Assembly (NCBI RefSeq): GCF_009914755.1
Contig: NC_060929.1
DNA: 64,000 nucleotides
From: the human T2T-CHM13v2.0 reference genome, Homo sapiens
Reading direction: 5' to 3' (one strand)
Shown: positions 1-15,664 of the stretch, in pieces
Numbering within the stretch: position 1 is the stretch's first letter
Layout of the letters: the number at the start of each line of letters is the position of its first letter
Position numbers and translations under genes: made by a program
The notes under the pieces: generated by a model
What the model was told of the DNA's origin: nothing
Seen by the model: the letters and a program-made list of their open reading frames with translations, nothing else
Database searches by the model: none

Positions 1-184
1 AAGGCTGTTTTGGTTCTACCTATATTCAAAAACAACATTTATTGAGCACCTATTGTGTGCCAGACACCCTTACTAGTTCTGGAGAATGACAAAGAAATGA
101 GATGATACTGTCTGCCCTTAAGAAGCTTACTACTCCCTGGATAAACTAGAAATTTTTAAAAATGAAAATAATGATATGGCCCTC

Positions 185-365
185 TTGAGGGAAGAGGGTG
201 GGAAGAGGGAGAGGATGAGAAAAAAAATAATTGTTGAGTACTATGCTTAGTACCCAGGTGACAAAATGCTCTGTACCTCAGACTCCTGTGACATGAGTTT
301 GCCTGTATTAACAAACCTGCACATGTACCCCTGAGCCTAAAATAAAAATTAAAAAGTGAAATAAA
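185..365 (+). mobile_element. L1 3' end (L1PB/old L1PA-like)
   Basis: aacaaacctgcacatgtacccctgagcctaaaataaaa, a typical L1 3' UTR terminus. Confidence 0.75.
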
Positions 366-372
366 GAAAATA

Positions 373-610
373 ATAATAGCTAATATTTATTGAGCAATTA
401 CTATATACAAAGTACATAATTCTAACTGCTATACATAAATTATTTTATTGAATTCTCTCAACAACCTTATGAAGGAGGTATTAGTATCCTTATAGATGAT
501 GAAGCTGAGGCACGTAGAATTTAAGAAACTTTCTTTGTTACGTACCTTGTTAGAAATAAAGCCAGGATTTAAACCCACACACTCTGACTCTGTTTCCATG
601 TTTTTAATTA
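373..610 (-). mobile_element. MIR SINE
   Basis: Reverse complement of the MIR core (ctcaacaaccttatgaagg...gaagctgaggcac...gccaggatttaaaccc). Confidence 0.7.
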
Positions 611-1451
611 CCACACTATCTTGTCTGCAGTTCGTAACAATAGTAATAGATATCATCTATTACCTGCACCGTGCAGCGATACATGCAAAGCATAGGGGAA
701 CACGGGAGGTGCGCTTAAATCAAAACTGGGGCTGGGAACAGGGGACAAATTCAGGGAAGTTATTTACCAAAGGTGGTGCCTGGCCCGAGCCTTGAGAAAA
801 GATGCATGTGTCATGGAGAAGGTGTAGCAGAAAGCACAGCATGCTTAATCTGACAGTGCCAGGCCTGTTGGAGGCCTGAGGTGCCAATTAACTGCCCCCT
901 CCATGCCTCAGATTCTGACTGGTGGATAAGGGATTGAAAAAGCTAAACAAGGACCAAAGTGTGAGATGTACCTGATTCCTTCCAAAACACAGAACTCCCC
1001 TGCGGAGGTTTGGAAAACAGTGATAGAATGAAAGATGTGTCATTTTGCCTTTGCATTCCTGTACCTCAATCAAAGAGGAATTGAGATTTTAGTACAGTTT
1101 TTGGATACAAGGTCAATATTCAATAAGCAGTACCCTTTAGACATGGAAATCCTCAACAAAATATTAGCAAAAGTAAATCCAGTAATATGTAAAAAGGATA
1201 ATACATCATAACTAACAGGAGTTTATTCTGGAAATAAAAGGTGGATTTAACATTTGAAAACTAAACAATGTACTTGGCCATATTAACAGACTGAAGAAGA
1301 AATACCATATGATCATCTCAGTAGATACTGAGAAAGCATTTGTCAAAATTTAGCACTCATTCATGATAAAAGCTTTCAGCAAGCTAGGATTAGAAAGGAA
1401 CTTCCTAAAACTGATAAAGAGCGTCTTCTTAAAAATTTACAGCTAATAGTC

Positions 1452-1745
1452 TTTTTTTTTTTTTTTTTTTGAGACAGGGTCTGTTGCCCAAGCTGGGCAG
1501 TGCAGTGGTGTGATTGCAGCTCACTGCAACCTCTGCCTCCTGGACTGAAGCAACCCTCCCACCTCAGCCTCCTGAGTAGCTAGGACTACAGATGTGCCAC
1601 CATGCCCGGCTAATTTTTGTATTTCTTGTAGAGATGGAGTTTTGCTATGTTGCCCATGATAGTCTCCAACTCCTGGGCTAAAGCAATCTGCTATCTCAGC
1701 CTTCCAAAGTTCTGGGATTACAGGTGTGAGCCACCATACCTGGCC
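1452..1745 (-). mobile_element. Alu (AluJ-like)
   Basis: poly-T followed by reverse Alu dimer. Confidence 0.9.
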
Positions 1746-2067
1746 AATATTCTTAATTATAAAAAACTGAATACTTTCCCCCTAAGATGAAGAGCAAGGC
1801 AAGGAAATCTTTTCTCACCACTTCTATACAATATCATACTGGAAATCTTAACCAATGCAAGAAGGCAAGAAAAAGAAAAGGGGTACAGATTGGAAAGGAA
1901 GAAATTAAATAGTTTCTGTTCACAGATGACATTGTTGTCTATAGAAAACCCAAAGGAATCTACCAAAAAAAAAAAAAAAAAAAAAGCCCTAGAACTAATT
2001 GACGTCAGTTTTGCAAGTTGTGGGATACAAGGTCAATATACAAAAATCAATTGTATAAAATTTTATA

Positions 2068-2335
2068 CTTTTTTGTTTGATACAGGGTCTCACTCTCTTG
2101 GTCAGGCTGGAATGCAGTGGCACAATCATAGCCCACTGGAGCCTCAAACTCCCAGGCTCAAGTGATCCTCCCATCTCAGCCTCCTGAGTAGCTAGGACTA
2201 CAGGCATGCACCACCACATCTGGCTAATTTTTAAATATTTTGTAGACACGGAGTCTTATTATGTTGCCAGGGCTGGTCTTGAACTTTTGGCCTCAAGCGA
2301 TCCTCCCAAAGTGTTGGGATTATAGGGTCAGCCAC
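2068..2335 (-). mobile_element. Alu (AluJ-like)
   Basis: reverse Alu dimer, diverged. Confidence 0.88.
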
Positions 2336-3139
2336 AGTTTTTGTATTAAAAAATAGAAATCCGAATCAGAGGACAGCACCATTTACCACTAAAAATAAAA
2401 TACTTAGGTAAAAATCTAACCAAATAGGTGTTGAATATTTTATACTGAAACTATTAAACATTGATGAAAGAAGTCAAGAGACCTGCGTAAATGGAAAGAT
2501 ATTGTGCTCATGTATTGAAAGACTTAATCTTATTAAGATATCATTTCTTCCCCAAATTAACCTATAGATTCAATACAACCCTAACTAAAATCGTACCAGG
2601 TATTTTTGTAGAAATGAAAGGCTGATTCTAAAATTTACATGAAAAGGCAAAGGAACTAGAATAGCCAAAACAAATTTGAAAACAGAAGAACAAAACTGAA
2701 AAACTCTGATTTGAAGACTTTCTATAAAACCATAGTAGTCAAGACAGCATGTTACTGGCAAAAGAGTAGACATATAGATCAGTGGAACAGAAAAGAAAGC
2801 CCAAAAACGGATGCAACACAACTGTAGTCAATTCATTTTAGACTAAGGTGCAAAGGCAATTTAATAGGGAAAAGATAGTATTTTCAACAATTAGTTCTGT
2901 AAAAATTGGATATCCACTTGCCAAAAAAAAAAGTACTTCCACACATACTTCATTCACACTTTATATAAGAACTGACCCAAAGTGGATCGTAGGCCTAAAT
3001 ATAAAACATTATACAATTATTAGAAGAAAATACAGGAGAAAGTTCTCTTGGGTTGAGCCAAGAGACTTTAGATATGGCATCAAACCATGATCCATAAAAG
3101 AAAATTTAGGTAAAAACCAGAACAGACACTTCACTAAAG

Positions 3140-3468
3140 AAGTGACTGCATCATTTTATATTTCTACCAGCATTGCTTGAGGGTTCCAATCCACATCCTT
3201 GCGTACACTTATTTTCTGTTTTTTTTTAAAAATTATTATAATCATCATAATGGTGTGAAGTAGTATCTCATTGTAGGTTTGATTTGAATTTCCTAATAAC
3301 AAACGATGCTGAGTATCTTTTCTTGTGCTTATTGGCCATTTGTATAACTTCTTTTGAAAAATGTCTATTCAAATCCCTTGCTCACTTTTTAATTGGATGG
3401 TCTTTTTTTGTTCGGTTTAAGTGTTCTTTATACATTCTGGACACTAGACCCTTATCTGATATATAATT
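3140..3468 (-). mobile_element. L1M fragment
   Basis: gtgtgaagtagtatctcattgt...ttggccatttgtata...aaatgtctattcaaatcc, reverse L1 ORF2 3' region. Confidence 0.8.
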
Positions 3469-3469
3469 T

Positions 3470-3635
3470 TGTGTGATAAAGAATTTGGCTGGCTTTTGTC
3501 TCTAGCTCCTGGGAGGTAGCATTGAAACCCTTGGAATTTCCCAGGGGACAAGAATGTTTTTGTTATTTATGGTGGGCACCTCAGACCATACCTGATAGTT
3601 TATGCTATGGAGGTGATTCATGGTAGACTCCTTAA
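3470..3635 (+). mobile_element. MER21-like LTR fragment
   Basis: aaacccttggaatttcc...gaccatacctgatagtttatgcta...gaggtga resembles MER21. Confidence 0.55.
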
Positions 3636-3789
3636 GCTAAAATACACTCAATCTTTTTGATATGAACCATTGGACCAAATACATCTATTATGGACTTAAT
3701 GGGGTTATATTCCTTTTTCAGTTACACATTCAAGTTTAGAGACATTATAAATGGCATTTAAATAACAATGGTTTGCAATTGGTAAATAA

Positions 3790-4060
3790 GTAGGTTCACC
3801 ACAATTCCTCATAATAACCTTTTATATCTCAAAGGCAGTTTTTGTCACCTCTTAGCCTTCTTAATCCAGGCAAAATAACTGTGAGGCCTCTTTCCATTTC
3901 TTTAATAATTCTGATGTATGTCTTTTTTCAAAAATTGTAAAGCCTCTTTCAATTTCTGTAATAATTCTGGTGTATGTCTTTTTTTCAGTGCTTAGAAGAT
4001 TATATTCTTTTAAATTGTAAACATTGGCTCTAAATTCATGTTTTGTCGCAATTCCTTAGA
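3790..4060 (-). mobile_element. L3/CR1 LINE remnant
   Basis: Reverse strand gcctggattaagaaggctaagaggtgac...aaaggttattatgaggaa resembles the CR1/L3 RT 3' region; highly diverged. Confidence 0.4.
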
Positions 4061-4110
4061 ATAGTATGTTATGAGAGGTAAAAACTGCCTTTGAAAATAT
4101 GTAAGTAATA

Positions 4111-4182
4111 CAGTCATCCCCTCTTATCTGCTGTTTCACTTTCCATGGTTTTAGTTACTGGCAGTACAGTACAATAAGCTAT

Positions 4183-4221
<39 letters not shown>

Positions 4222-4424
4222 ACATCGATATAACCTTTATTACAGGATATTGTTATAATTGCTCTATTTTATTATTGTTGTTGTTAATTTCTTACTGTGC
4301 CTAATTTACAAATTAAAATTTATCATAAGTATGCATGAATAGGAAAAAACAGTATATATAGGATTTAGTACTATCTGCAGTTTCAAGCATCCACTGGGAG
4401 TCTTCAAATGCATCCCCCCTATTG
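4111..4424 (+). mobile_element. MER44A-like Tigger MITE with expanded internal (GA)n
   Basis: ta|cagtcatcccctcttatctgc start; gtacagtacaataag..ttttgagagaga; catccactgggagtctt...catcccc end. Confidence 0.8.
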
Positions 4425-6689
4425 TACATTGGTTTGGATTATAGATGCAGTCAGCCAGTAGCATAAATAGAAAGCATGTATGCTTGACCTTTTATTTGCT
4501 TCTCAGACCCTCAACATTCAGCAGGAATCTGCTCTCTATATAAGAAATAAAATCTGTCTTTATCTGGAGACTAGGACAGTTTCACTGGGTTTAGAAAGAC
4601 AGCATTTTCCACCTTGCACTAACATTTATAGTCATCCTCCATGCCCTGAAGTGTCCCATTTCTTTTGATTATCTGATCAACACAATGATATTATTTTGAA
4701 CACTGAGTTTCCTGGGTACAAAAGGAGAAGCTGTCAGTTTAGTTGCACAAAGCAGTTTAGACTGATGATTGCAATAGATTCATGTGAATTTGCCAATACT
4801 TTGACCTTAATCCCTCTTCCTCAAAAATCAATGAAACTAAAATAAAACGATATTGGCAAACTGGCCTGTCATTCACAGTTACCATTTCTGAAAGATCACT
4901 GTAGAACTACCACAGTGCAGAGGAATTTAGATTTTTATAAACCCTTCATAATTAACCCATTATTCCTAGGTAGATTACTTGTGATTTTCATTCTATTTTA
5001 TTTATGGTACTATTTTTGTGGTTTTTTTTTTTACAATGAACATCTACTTTTTGGTGTTTTTAATTGTGGGAAAAATACTGAAAATCTACTTTTATAATTA
5101 GTACTTTTATAATTAGATATTTCCATTTTAGAATGGGGTCTATTGGCTTTTTATGATGAAAGAATCTTTGCTGAGATTTGCATTAAGACAAGTTCATATA
5201 AGGCACAACAGAGTAAACATCCACATACTCCTGATGATCTGATCTAGTTTTTGTTATTTTAAAAATTGGGTGTCAGATAGTGTTTTCAGTCTCTGCTAAA
5301 TGTGCTTATGACCTCTTTCTCTCCCCATTTGTATTATCCTGCATTGGTCACCCAGCCTCAATGGGTGTCAGTTTCCTACTCTGTAAAACAGAACAATTGT
5401 TACTTTGTTATGAGGTTCAAAGCACTCAATAGAGCACCTAACAAGTAGATGGAAAAAAAAGGAGCTTTTTTTTTTTTTCTGACTGAGAAAGACCAAATAT
5501 TTTGTTCAGTTACTTATATGGCTTGATACCGAATTTCATTTGACATTTTGGATTCTGGTCACTACCTTTTCCTATGTTTAATGCTTCCAAATGGTCAGAG
5601 CCTTCAGTTTTCCTCTACATCTTTCTCATGATGTTCATGACAACTGTGTTATAAAGAAAAGAAGTAAAGATGTGACTTTGATGATATTGGAGCTGTTTAT
5701 TCAACAGAGATTTACAGTGACATATCTAGGTTGTGCATTGGTCCAGTTTGCATAGAGGGAATGTCAAGTTCCCAAACAGCAGCTTATCTGTTATGAGTTG
5801 TCCAGCGCCTGGGTTTTTTTCCACTCCTGACTGAGGCTTGAGTATCACCAGACACAGGGTTGGATCAGGCTTGGGAAAGGTGTTGGAGCTACTCTGCCAG
5901 AAGGTGAATAAGGGAAGGAGACTATTGACTTTCTTAGACCGAGCTGATAGGCAGTACATGTGAGAGAAAGATGAATAACAACAGAGTAAGGGTCAACTCC
6001 CACCCCCACCCCACCCACCCACACACACACACACATTAATTGTATGTAAAGGGCTGGTGCTAGCTGCTTTGAGAATCATAAAAGGAAGTGAAACAGAATG
6101 TCCCACCCTTAAGGAACTTATTCAAGATAGGCATCAAGGATGAGGCACATGAGTTAAACAGAGTTCACAGTTAAATATCAACATTAAAGATTCCAGTAGG
6201 CAGCCTCCGAATAGAGTTGACTGGTATAGAACCTGCTATGGTGACCCAGAGGAAAGAGAGAAAGCTGTGGGCTGATGGAATGAGCAAAGGTTTCACGGAA
6301 GACATGGGATTGGACACGTGGCAGAATTCAAATGGAGCTGAGCAATGGCATGAGAGCAGGAATGGCCAGATGTGTTAGGTAAGGATGTGCAGAAGCATTG
6401 TGGGAGGCAGAAGTGGGGCTGAGGCTGCAGAGATGGCAGGAATACGTGCCTTTGTATAAGTCAGGGTCCTGTTTCCTCATCCTCCTGAGAAGATGGAGCA
6501 CACATTCCGCACCCTCCTTACCGTTCTGACCTTCTGTAATCCTGAGAGCTGACCTGTGGATAACAACTTGCTTTCAAAAGTGGGGATCTATTGGCTTGTG
6601 TGACTGAGAAGGACAAGAGCAGATCCAGGGAGGCTGTGTTACAGCTTGTCTACCTCCTGTTCCTCCACCTGGAAAGGCAGTTACGATGG

Positions 6690-6885
6690 GGTGGCTGAGA
6701 CTGTGGGCTCCTCCCAGGCTGCCAGGGTTCACGTTTGGCTCCTCCTCTTTCTGGCTATGCTTCAGTTTTATCCTCTGATATAAAGAGTGACAATCATGGC
6801 AACTACCTCCAGGGTTCTTGTGTGAGAGTGCTCAGAAGAATGTCTGGTGCATAGGGAGGGCTTAATACATGCTAGCTATTAGTCT
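6690..6885 (+). mobile_element. MIR SINE
   Basis: cttcagttttatcctctgatataaa...actacctccagggttcttgtg...tgtctggtgcatag. Confidence 0.6.
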
Positions 6886-8109
6886 AATCTATGCTTGGCT
6901 GACTCTCTCAAGCTCCAACTACATTCAGGCTTCTGCTGCAGAGGAGAAAGCGGAAGCTGACCACAGGTACCATCTTTATGACTCAGCCTTACAGCCAGGA
7001 GGCAGCCCCAGAATCCTATCCTGGGACATATGATGAGGAGCCTGGGGTGGAAAAAAATGGAGTGTTAGGTATACAAAGAGTGCTCCTCTGCACACACATC
7101 TGATCCTCACAACTGAGTCTATGGAGAAGCAAAGTATGTACTCTACATTTTAAGGGTGAAGAAACCAAGGTATTAAAAACTCAAGAGATTCCTGGGAAAA
7201 TGACAAAACCAGGAATCCACCCAGGCCTGCCGCTCTGTTTCACTGTTATCACCAAATCTCAAAATGATTTGTTCCCATGAAATATAGAGTGCCTTTGATG
7301 TCCCCTGGAGATATTTTCATTATGAATGACAGCTGCTTCGGAGTCAATGAACAAGTGTTTATTGAGCACCTACTGCATTCAAAGTGCCAAACCCTGTCAG
7401 GAAATCAAAGCACAGTCAAGGATGAGTGACATATGGCTCCTGCGTGTGCAGGATTCATAAATGCAGTGCAGAAGACAGCACACCCAGGCTTACTTGGATA
7501 CAGTGTAGCTTGGATCAATGGATCGAAGTTGCTTTTTAATGGGGTTTGGGGAGTAGAGTAGAACTTGGATTAGATAGATTGTTGATTCTTTATTTTGCTA
7601 AGAATATTTTTTAAAACACCACTATCTACAATCACTATCATTTCATAGAAAAAGAATATTTTAATTCCTAAAATAGGAAAGGCCAAAATTTCAGCATAAA
7701 GGGGGCCCTCTTAATTTTAACACTGAAATTGTACTACAAAATTACATTGTCCTTTTGTCATTTCACAGAGGACCAGTGAAGCTTTTTATAATGTTTTGAG
7801 AACCAGCGTCTAAATGACTTCCTAAATGTCATTCCTGCAAGATGACATATGGCCACATTTTGATATTTTTGAAATTAAAGCTTACTAAAAACACAGGGAA
7901 GTGTTATTGTATTATTCCCTTTTCCAAGCATGGCCCCATCAGTTACTCTAACAGGCATATTCCAATGGTCCAGGCCTCAGTGGTCAATGGCTCTTTAGGA
8001 TGGGCTTAGAATGTGCCACAGATGGAGCTAGGTGTAACCCAGGAGAAGTCTAGCTGTTTCCCTTGGGGTCAGGTCAAAGGTGACCAGAGAAGTGCCTTTG
8101 ATAAAAAAC

Positions 8110-8700
<591 letters not shown>

Positions 8701-9185
8701 CATTTCTTTTCTTGACTATCATAACAATTTAGAATGAAAAATGCTCAAGGGATAGTGTTACTATGTTATAAGCAAAATTATTAATATAGTCTACTCAATG
8801 ACTGGAAATCCAAAATTTCCCGGTGTCTCAACTGTGCCAACCCTAATGACGAAAACTTCCCCTTTCTAAACACACTGAAGGCCCCTGCTGTGCAACCCTG
8901 CACAAGTATAGTTTTTTCTGAATCTTGATTACAAAGCGATTTCAATAATAATTTTTATTTTTTAAAAAAAGAGCATATTCCTCACCAGTAAGACAAGTGA
9001 ATATACTTTAAATGTTCCTGTGATCTTTCAGTTTATTCCTGTAATAACCTGAATAACTACAGTAATGACACTGGAAATAAAAGCAGAAGATCAAGAGTAA
9101 AATTCAACTCTTTAACCCCCAAATACAATATTAACAGAGTCAAGAGTGGAGCCCTGGGGCTCGTCTTGGGTGGAGAGGTGGGGCA

Positions 9186-9560
9186 TGTCTTAGTCCATTC
9201 CTCCTCTGATATAACAAAATACCTGAGACTGGGTAATTTTTAAACAATAGAAATTTATTTCTCACACTTCTGGAGACAGGTAAGTCCAATATCAAGGTGC
9301 TGGCAGATTTGGTGTCTGGTGAGGGCTACTCTCTGCTTTCAAGATGGTGCCTTGTTGCATCCTCTGGAAAGGAGGAATGCTGTGTCCTCATCTGGTGGAA
9401 GGAATTGAAGGACAAAAAAGGCTAGCATGAATTCCATTCGTGAGGGCGGGGCCCCCATGACCTAATCCTCTCCCCAAGGCCCTACCTTCTAATACCATCA
9501 CCTTGGGGTTTAAGTTCTAACATATGAATTTTAAAGGGATATTTACATTCAAACCAAACA
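9186..9560 (-). mobile_element. ERVL-MaLR solo LTR (MST/MLT1A-like)
   Basis: tgtcttagtccatt...ataacaaaatacctgagactgggtaattt...aatttatttctcac...catatgaatttt. Confidence 0.8.
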
Positions 9561-10432
9561 GGTGACTTCCAGTTTTTCCTCAGATGCTATTAAAAAATAA
9601 GGTTTAAAGTATCCCCAGGATATTTTGTTTTCCATGAAGGCAATCTATAATCCAGCTTCCTCGTTCTCTTCCACAATTAAAGTGCTTGCCAATTTGTATT
9701 TGAGATTAAAATAACACAAACATAGATATAGTCTGTGAGTGAAAACCTGCTAGGTTTGCCCATGGGAGCTAATTTTGTCATAAATAACAATCACAGCGGT
9801 AGATATCAGCATCTACAACATGAGAGTCACATAAGTAAACTCATTGACAGTTAACTTCACACAACTCATGCAAACAAAGGCAAATAAAAGTAAATGAAAA
9901 TGTATATGCAATATGATATAAAAGCTCTCAGGCTTGACTCTTCTGAAGTTATTTCCCGTAACAGCCTGCAGCATACTGATTTCTGAGGCTTCCTTTCTAA
10001 TTTCTGTGGTCCTCATTGCCTTCTTAATAAAACATCACAGAATTTCTAGACTAGGCCAAGACCTAGAGATTGATGCTACATAGAGACCACATTCTATAAA
10101 ATGAGTGTGCATTTTTATTCCAGCACTAAAGGAGAGCAGAACTGTAATTTGAATGAAATATGATTATTGAATTCTACAAGAGAAAATGAAACATACTCCA
10201 GGTGCCAACTGCCAGGCAATGTTTCTGGCTCCAAAGGACAGCCTGAGGCAATGCCAGATGGTCCTTTTCAGGAAATTGAGCTTGTCCCCAGTATAGGAAA
10301 TCTGAATGACTCTATCTCACAGGAAATGCTTTATTGTACATTACCATTAACTTGGTGACAAATAAAAGAATGAGGGTGGCAATAGCTGACCATTGATCAA
10401 AAAAATGAGCTTGTTAATAAATAATTGAGACA

Positions 10433-10829
<397 letters not shown>

Positions 10830-10839
10830 TCACTAATGA

Positions 10840-11100
10840 AAAAATACTATGTATCTAGCAATGTATGAAAAATCTATATGCGTTAATCCTTTCAACAACC
10901 TCATAAGGTCAGTGTCATTATTACTATCATCATCATTGTCGTCGTCATCATCATCATCATCCCTACATACAGACATGGAAATCAATAGACACATTTCCAT
11001 TGGATTTTGAGGGGGCTAGCTTATAGTGTTGCCTAAGGTTTTTTGATGAATGGCAGAGCCAGGATATGAATCCTGTCTGTTTGATTTTAGTGTCTGAGAT
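10840..11100 (-). mobile_element. MIR SINE with (CAT)n
   Basis: ttaatcctttcaacaacctcataagg...gcctaaggtt...ggcagagccaggatatgaatcc. Confidence 0.6.
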
Positions 11101-11521
11101 TGATATTAAGCATACTAGTACCATGACTACCCCTGGCATTTATATAAAACAATACTGCTTCAAATATGCTATCTTTTGAGTGTTAGGCAGCTGCACTGTG
11201 GCTTGGCTTTGCTCAGATAACATTTGCTGGGGAGCTTCTCTATTTTGCTTTTTGCTTTCCAAGCCCTTACTGAAGTGTCTTATACAGGCTTGCCTTCCAA
11301 AGGTACATCTCTGCATCAATTCTGCCCCCACATCACTGTCAAAGTTCTATGCATTACTTTCCTGAATAACATGTCAGGAATGCTATCTTTAGGGCCCCAT
11401 TCAAATGAACAAAGATGAGGTTAGCAATTTTAATTATCTAGTTGGCTGTGTTAATTTGGGGCCTAATTTACTATATGACAAACTTTGTAAAATTGGTATT
11501 TATCTTTATTCTCTTAAAACC

Positions 11522-11695
11522 TTTTTTTTTTCCCCCACCAGATGGGGTCTCACCGTGTTGCCCAGGCTGGAGTGCAGTGACTATCCATAGGCTTGATCAT
11601 TACATGCTATAGACCTGAACTCCTGGGCTCAAGAGATCCTCCCATCTCAGGCTCCTGAGGATAGGACTACAGGTGCACATGACAGTGTTTGGCTA
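11522..11695 (-). mobile_element. Alu monomer (FLAM/FRAM-like)
   Basis: single reverse Alu arm. Confidence 0.75.
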
Positions 11696-12462
11696 AGACC
11701 TATTTTAATAAGCCCAGAGACCCTAGAGATGAGCTCAAATATCCATAGAGTGTTGAATTGAGAGAAAGTGCTGTGGTCAGGGCCAGGGGAGGTTCTGCTC
11801 AGATCCTCTATCCTCAGAACATTCCTTTGCCTAGTTATTGGCACATTCCCTTGGATACTGAGAATGCACTTCATCCCCCCCACACTGGCTGTGACACTTA
11901 AGCTTAGGCATGGAAACTGACGCATCTAGAAGACAGGCACATTCAGGCTTTGGGAAAAGTGAAGTACAGCCACACTGTAGCTAACTCTGTGGATTGTTAC
12001 TGCAACAACTAGGCACCATCATGGATCATACAGCAGACCGTGAGTTTCCTAAAATCTTTACAACCTCTTTATCACAAATAGTACCCCAACCCAAAATGGG
12101 AAAATGACATGCAATTCAGTATCATTATATAAGAACTTTTTACAAAGGCCAAAAAGTCATAAATTGCTACTTGAATAAAAAGACGTATCTCAAAGATTTT
12201 GTGTCTCCTGTCCTCTGGCCCTCCATCTGCCGGCTAACCTGACATTCCAGAACTCACTCTAGTTTGGGATCTTCAGTTCAAATGATATACTCTATTCTGC
12301 TAACAATAGAATTATATCCATCAATCAATCATTTTTTCAAAAATGGCTTAAATGGTGGCATTTCTCCTATGCTAAAATAAAAATTTTAAAAAAGCCTTTC
12401 AATTTTTATGCTGCTATAAATGGGCCACAGCTAAGCTTAGTGAAAATTAAAAACGTAAATTA

Positions 12463-12819
<357 letters not shown>

Positions 12820-13656
12820 TTACCACATAAATTCTGAGAGGTGATAGGCAGGGTCAGATTTATAATATTGCTTAATACAGGGCCTGGAAATGTAAGAACA
12901 TGGACTCATTCAAGCCATATTTCCTCTCCCATCAACCTTCCTCTAGCAAAGTTCCTTTTCTCCCATGTCCAAAGTCAGGCTCCTCATCCTCGTTAGGGTC
13001 TGAGACCCACAGTTCCTGGTAAATTTTAAAAAGCACTCGAGTTAAAAACAAGAACAAAAATATTAACTATTGCTAACATGCATGGTGTGCTTAGTATGCT
13101 GGGCTAAGCATATGTAAGTGATCATTGACTATCCTTTCAGAAAAGTGCAATATTCTTCAACAGTTGAGTAACTCCCTTAAATCACAACTTGCAAGTGGCA
13201 GAAGTGGGATTTGAACTCAAAGCTTGGAACAAACATGAGACTCCTGCCTGAATCCATGTGTCTAAGAGATACCAGACTGTCTCCCTGGACCAGACCCTGT
13301 GCAGCACCCTGCAGGGAAAATAGATGAGTAGGCTATGATCACTCTTCCAAAAGCCCACAGTCTGGTTGGTGAGATAAAACATAAATACACAAAAGTTAAT
13401 AATCCAAAAAAGTTAAGTTGTATTTCAAGAACTGTCACTTGCAATACAAAGGGGGTTGTCAAGTACATCTGACCTCTCCTATCCTAACTGCAGTAGGAGT
13501 TGGAGGTGGGGAATTTTCTCAGGTTCAGGGGCTTTTCAGGTGAGAGCAGAGCCTACACCAGGGGTCAGGGCAGGCAAGTGCTAGAGAGGCTGGAACACAG
13601 GGATTGAGGCTGGACTGTAAACTCTTGCATAGCAGTTTAAAGTTTACTGTCTTTCA

Positions 13657-13946
13657 GGCCAGGCGCAGTGGCTCACACCTGTAATCGCAGCACTTTGGGA
13701 AGCTGAAGCGAGTGGATCACCTGAAGTCAGGAGTTCAAGACCAGACTGACCAACATGGTGATACCCCGTCTCTACTAAAAGTACAAAAATTAGCCGGGTG
13801 TGGTGGCAGGCACCTGTAATTGCAGCTACTCAGGAGGCTGAGGCAGGAGAAGCTTGAACCCAGGATGTGGAGGTTGCAGTGAGCTGAGATCACGCCACTG
13901 CGCTCCTGGATAACAAGAGTGAGACTCCGTCTCAAAAAAAAAAAAA
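13657..13946 (+). mobile_element. Alu (AluS)
   Basis: full dimer; TSD aaagtttactgtctttcag / aaagtttattgtccttcag. Confidence 0.93.
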
Positions 13947-14084
13947 GTTTATTGTCCTTCAGAACAACTGAAGGTTTTGACCAGGGGATGGATGTGAACA
14001 AAATGATCCATTTGCTCAGTTACTTACCAGAGAGGATGACAACATGACAGTTGGTTATATTTATCATTTATGTAGCTTCCCAGA

Positions 14085-14570
14085 ACATATTTTTCAGTAA
14101 ACTCTTTAATTAAAATATGACACGCCTACAGAAAAGTACACACATCATAAGCACATAGCTCATTGAATTTATATACAGTGAAAACAACTGTGAACCTAGA
14201 TCACTATCTAGAAAACTGCCAACACCCTAGAAGGCTCTCTAGAACACCCTTGCAGATAGTAATTCCACAAGGCTAACTGCTATTCTGAATTCTGTCACCA
14301 TATATTAGTTTTGCCTACTCTTTAGTCTTATTTAAATGGAATCATATACTGCAGACACTTTGGTGTTGGGCTTTTACTCTCAGCATAATGTTTGTGAGAT
14401 CCATCCATCCTGTTTCCTGTAGTTGGACTTCATTCATTTCATTGGTGAATGTTATTCCATTGTGTTAAAATATGCCAGAATTGATTGATATATCTGTTCT
14501 AATGTTGACGGGCATTTGGGTAGTTTCCAATTTGCAGATAGCACAAATAATGCTGGTATGAACACTCCTT
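14085..14570 (-). mobile_element. old L1 (L1M/L1ME) 3' fragment
   Basis: aaatggaatcata...ctcagcataatgtttgtgagatccatccat...gggcatttgggtagtttcca. Confidence 0.75.
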
Positions 14571-15008
14571 TGCCCAGTAGGTTTTGTAAATCCTTCCACA
14601 TTGAGTCCCAGGTTATGAGTACTTCCTTCCTAAAGTAAAAACCAGAACTCAGTAGCCTGCTTCCTGAGTAACGTTGGCATCTGACCTAGATTCTGCTTTT
14701 AAACATACCTGCTCATGACTTCAATTTGTGGAGAAAACCATGAGGAAGCAGCTGGAAATAGTAGTGGAGAGTGGCCAAGACACACTGAGCTTCCAGGAGC
14801 AGAGAACTGCAGTGGTGTCCCATGGACACCAGTGCCAGAAGCAAGAGCACCTCTAGGAGGCAGTCCTGGGAAGTTACAGAGTATTGTCAAAGACAGGCAT
14901 GTAAACAGGTAATTCCTAAATAGTGAGATGAATGCTAACCTAGAGATAATGCAATTGTAGCCCTGGAGAGGACACTAAATTCAGGCGGGGAGCTCAGGAA
15001 AGCCTCTA

Positions 15009-15510
<502 letters not shown>

Positions 15511-15664
15511 TCACAGAGACCATAAACTTATTTCTAGTTTGGGAAAACAGAGTTGGGAGTGTAAGATTGTATTTTGAAGTCTAGAGCTGGAGCACTCCAG
15601 CGCTCAGAGCATGCTGCTGGCAAGGCAGTCAGCCCTTGAATAAGTCGTGAAGCAGTGAAATAGC

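Larger units (their letters stand above)
1135..3135 (+). mobile_element. old L1 (L1M) ORF2 fragment interrupted by two Alus
   Basis: aaatcctcaacaaaatattagcaaa, catatgatcatctca, cacagatgacat and other L1 ORF2 hallmarks; degenerate. Confidence 0.85.

Noticed and set aside
5087-5116. 15-bp perfect tandem duplication (tacttttataattag x2); similar short duplications at 20807/20839 and ~24198-24221
   Set aside because: Ordinary slippage-type micro-duplications; no array, spacer structure or functional context.
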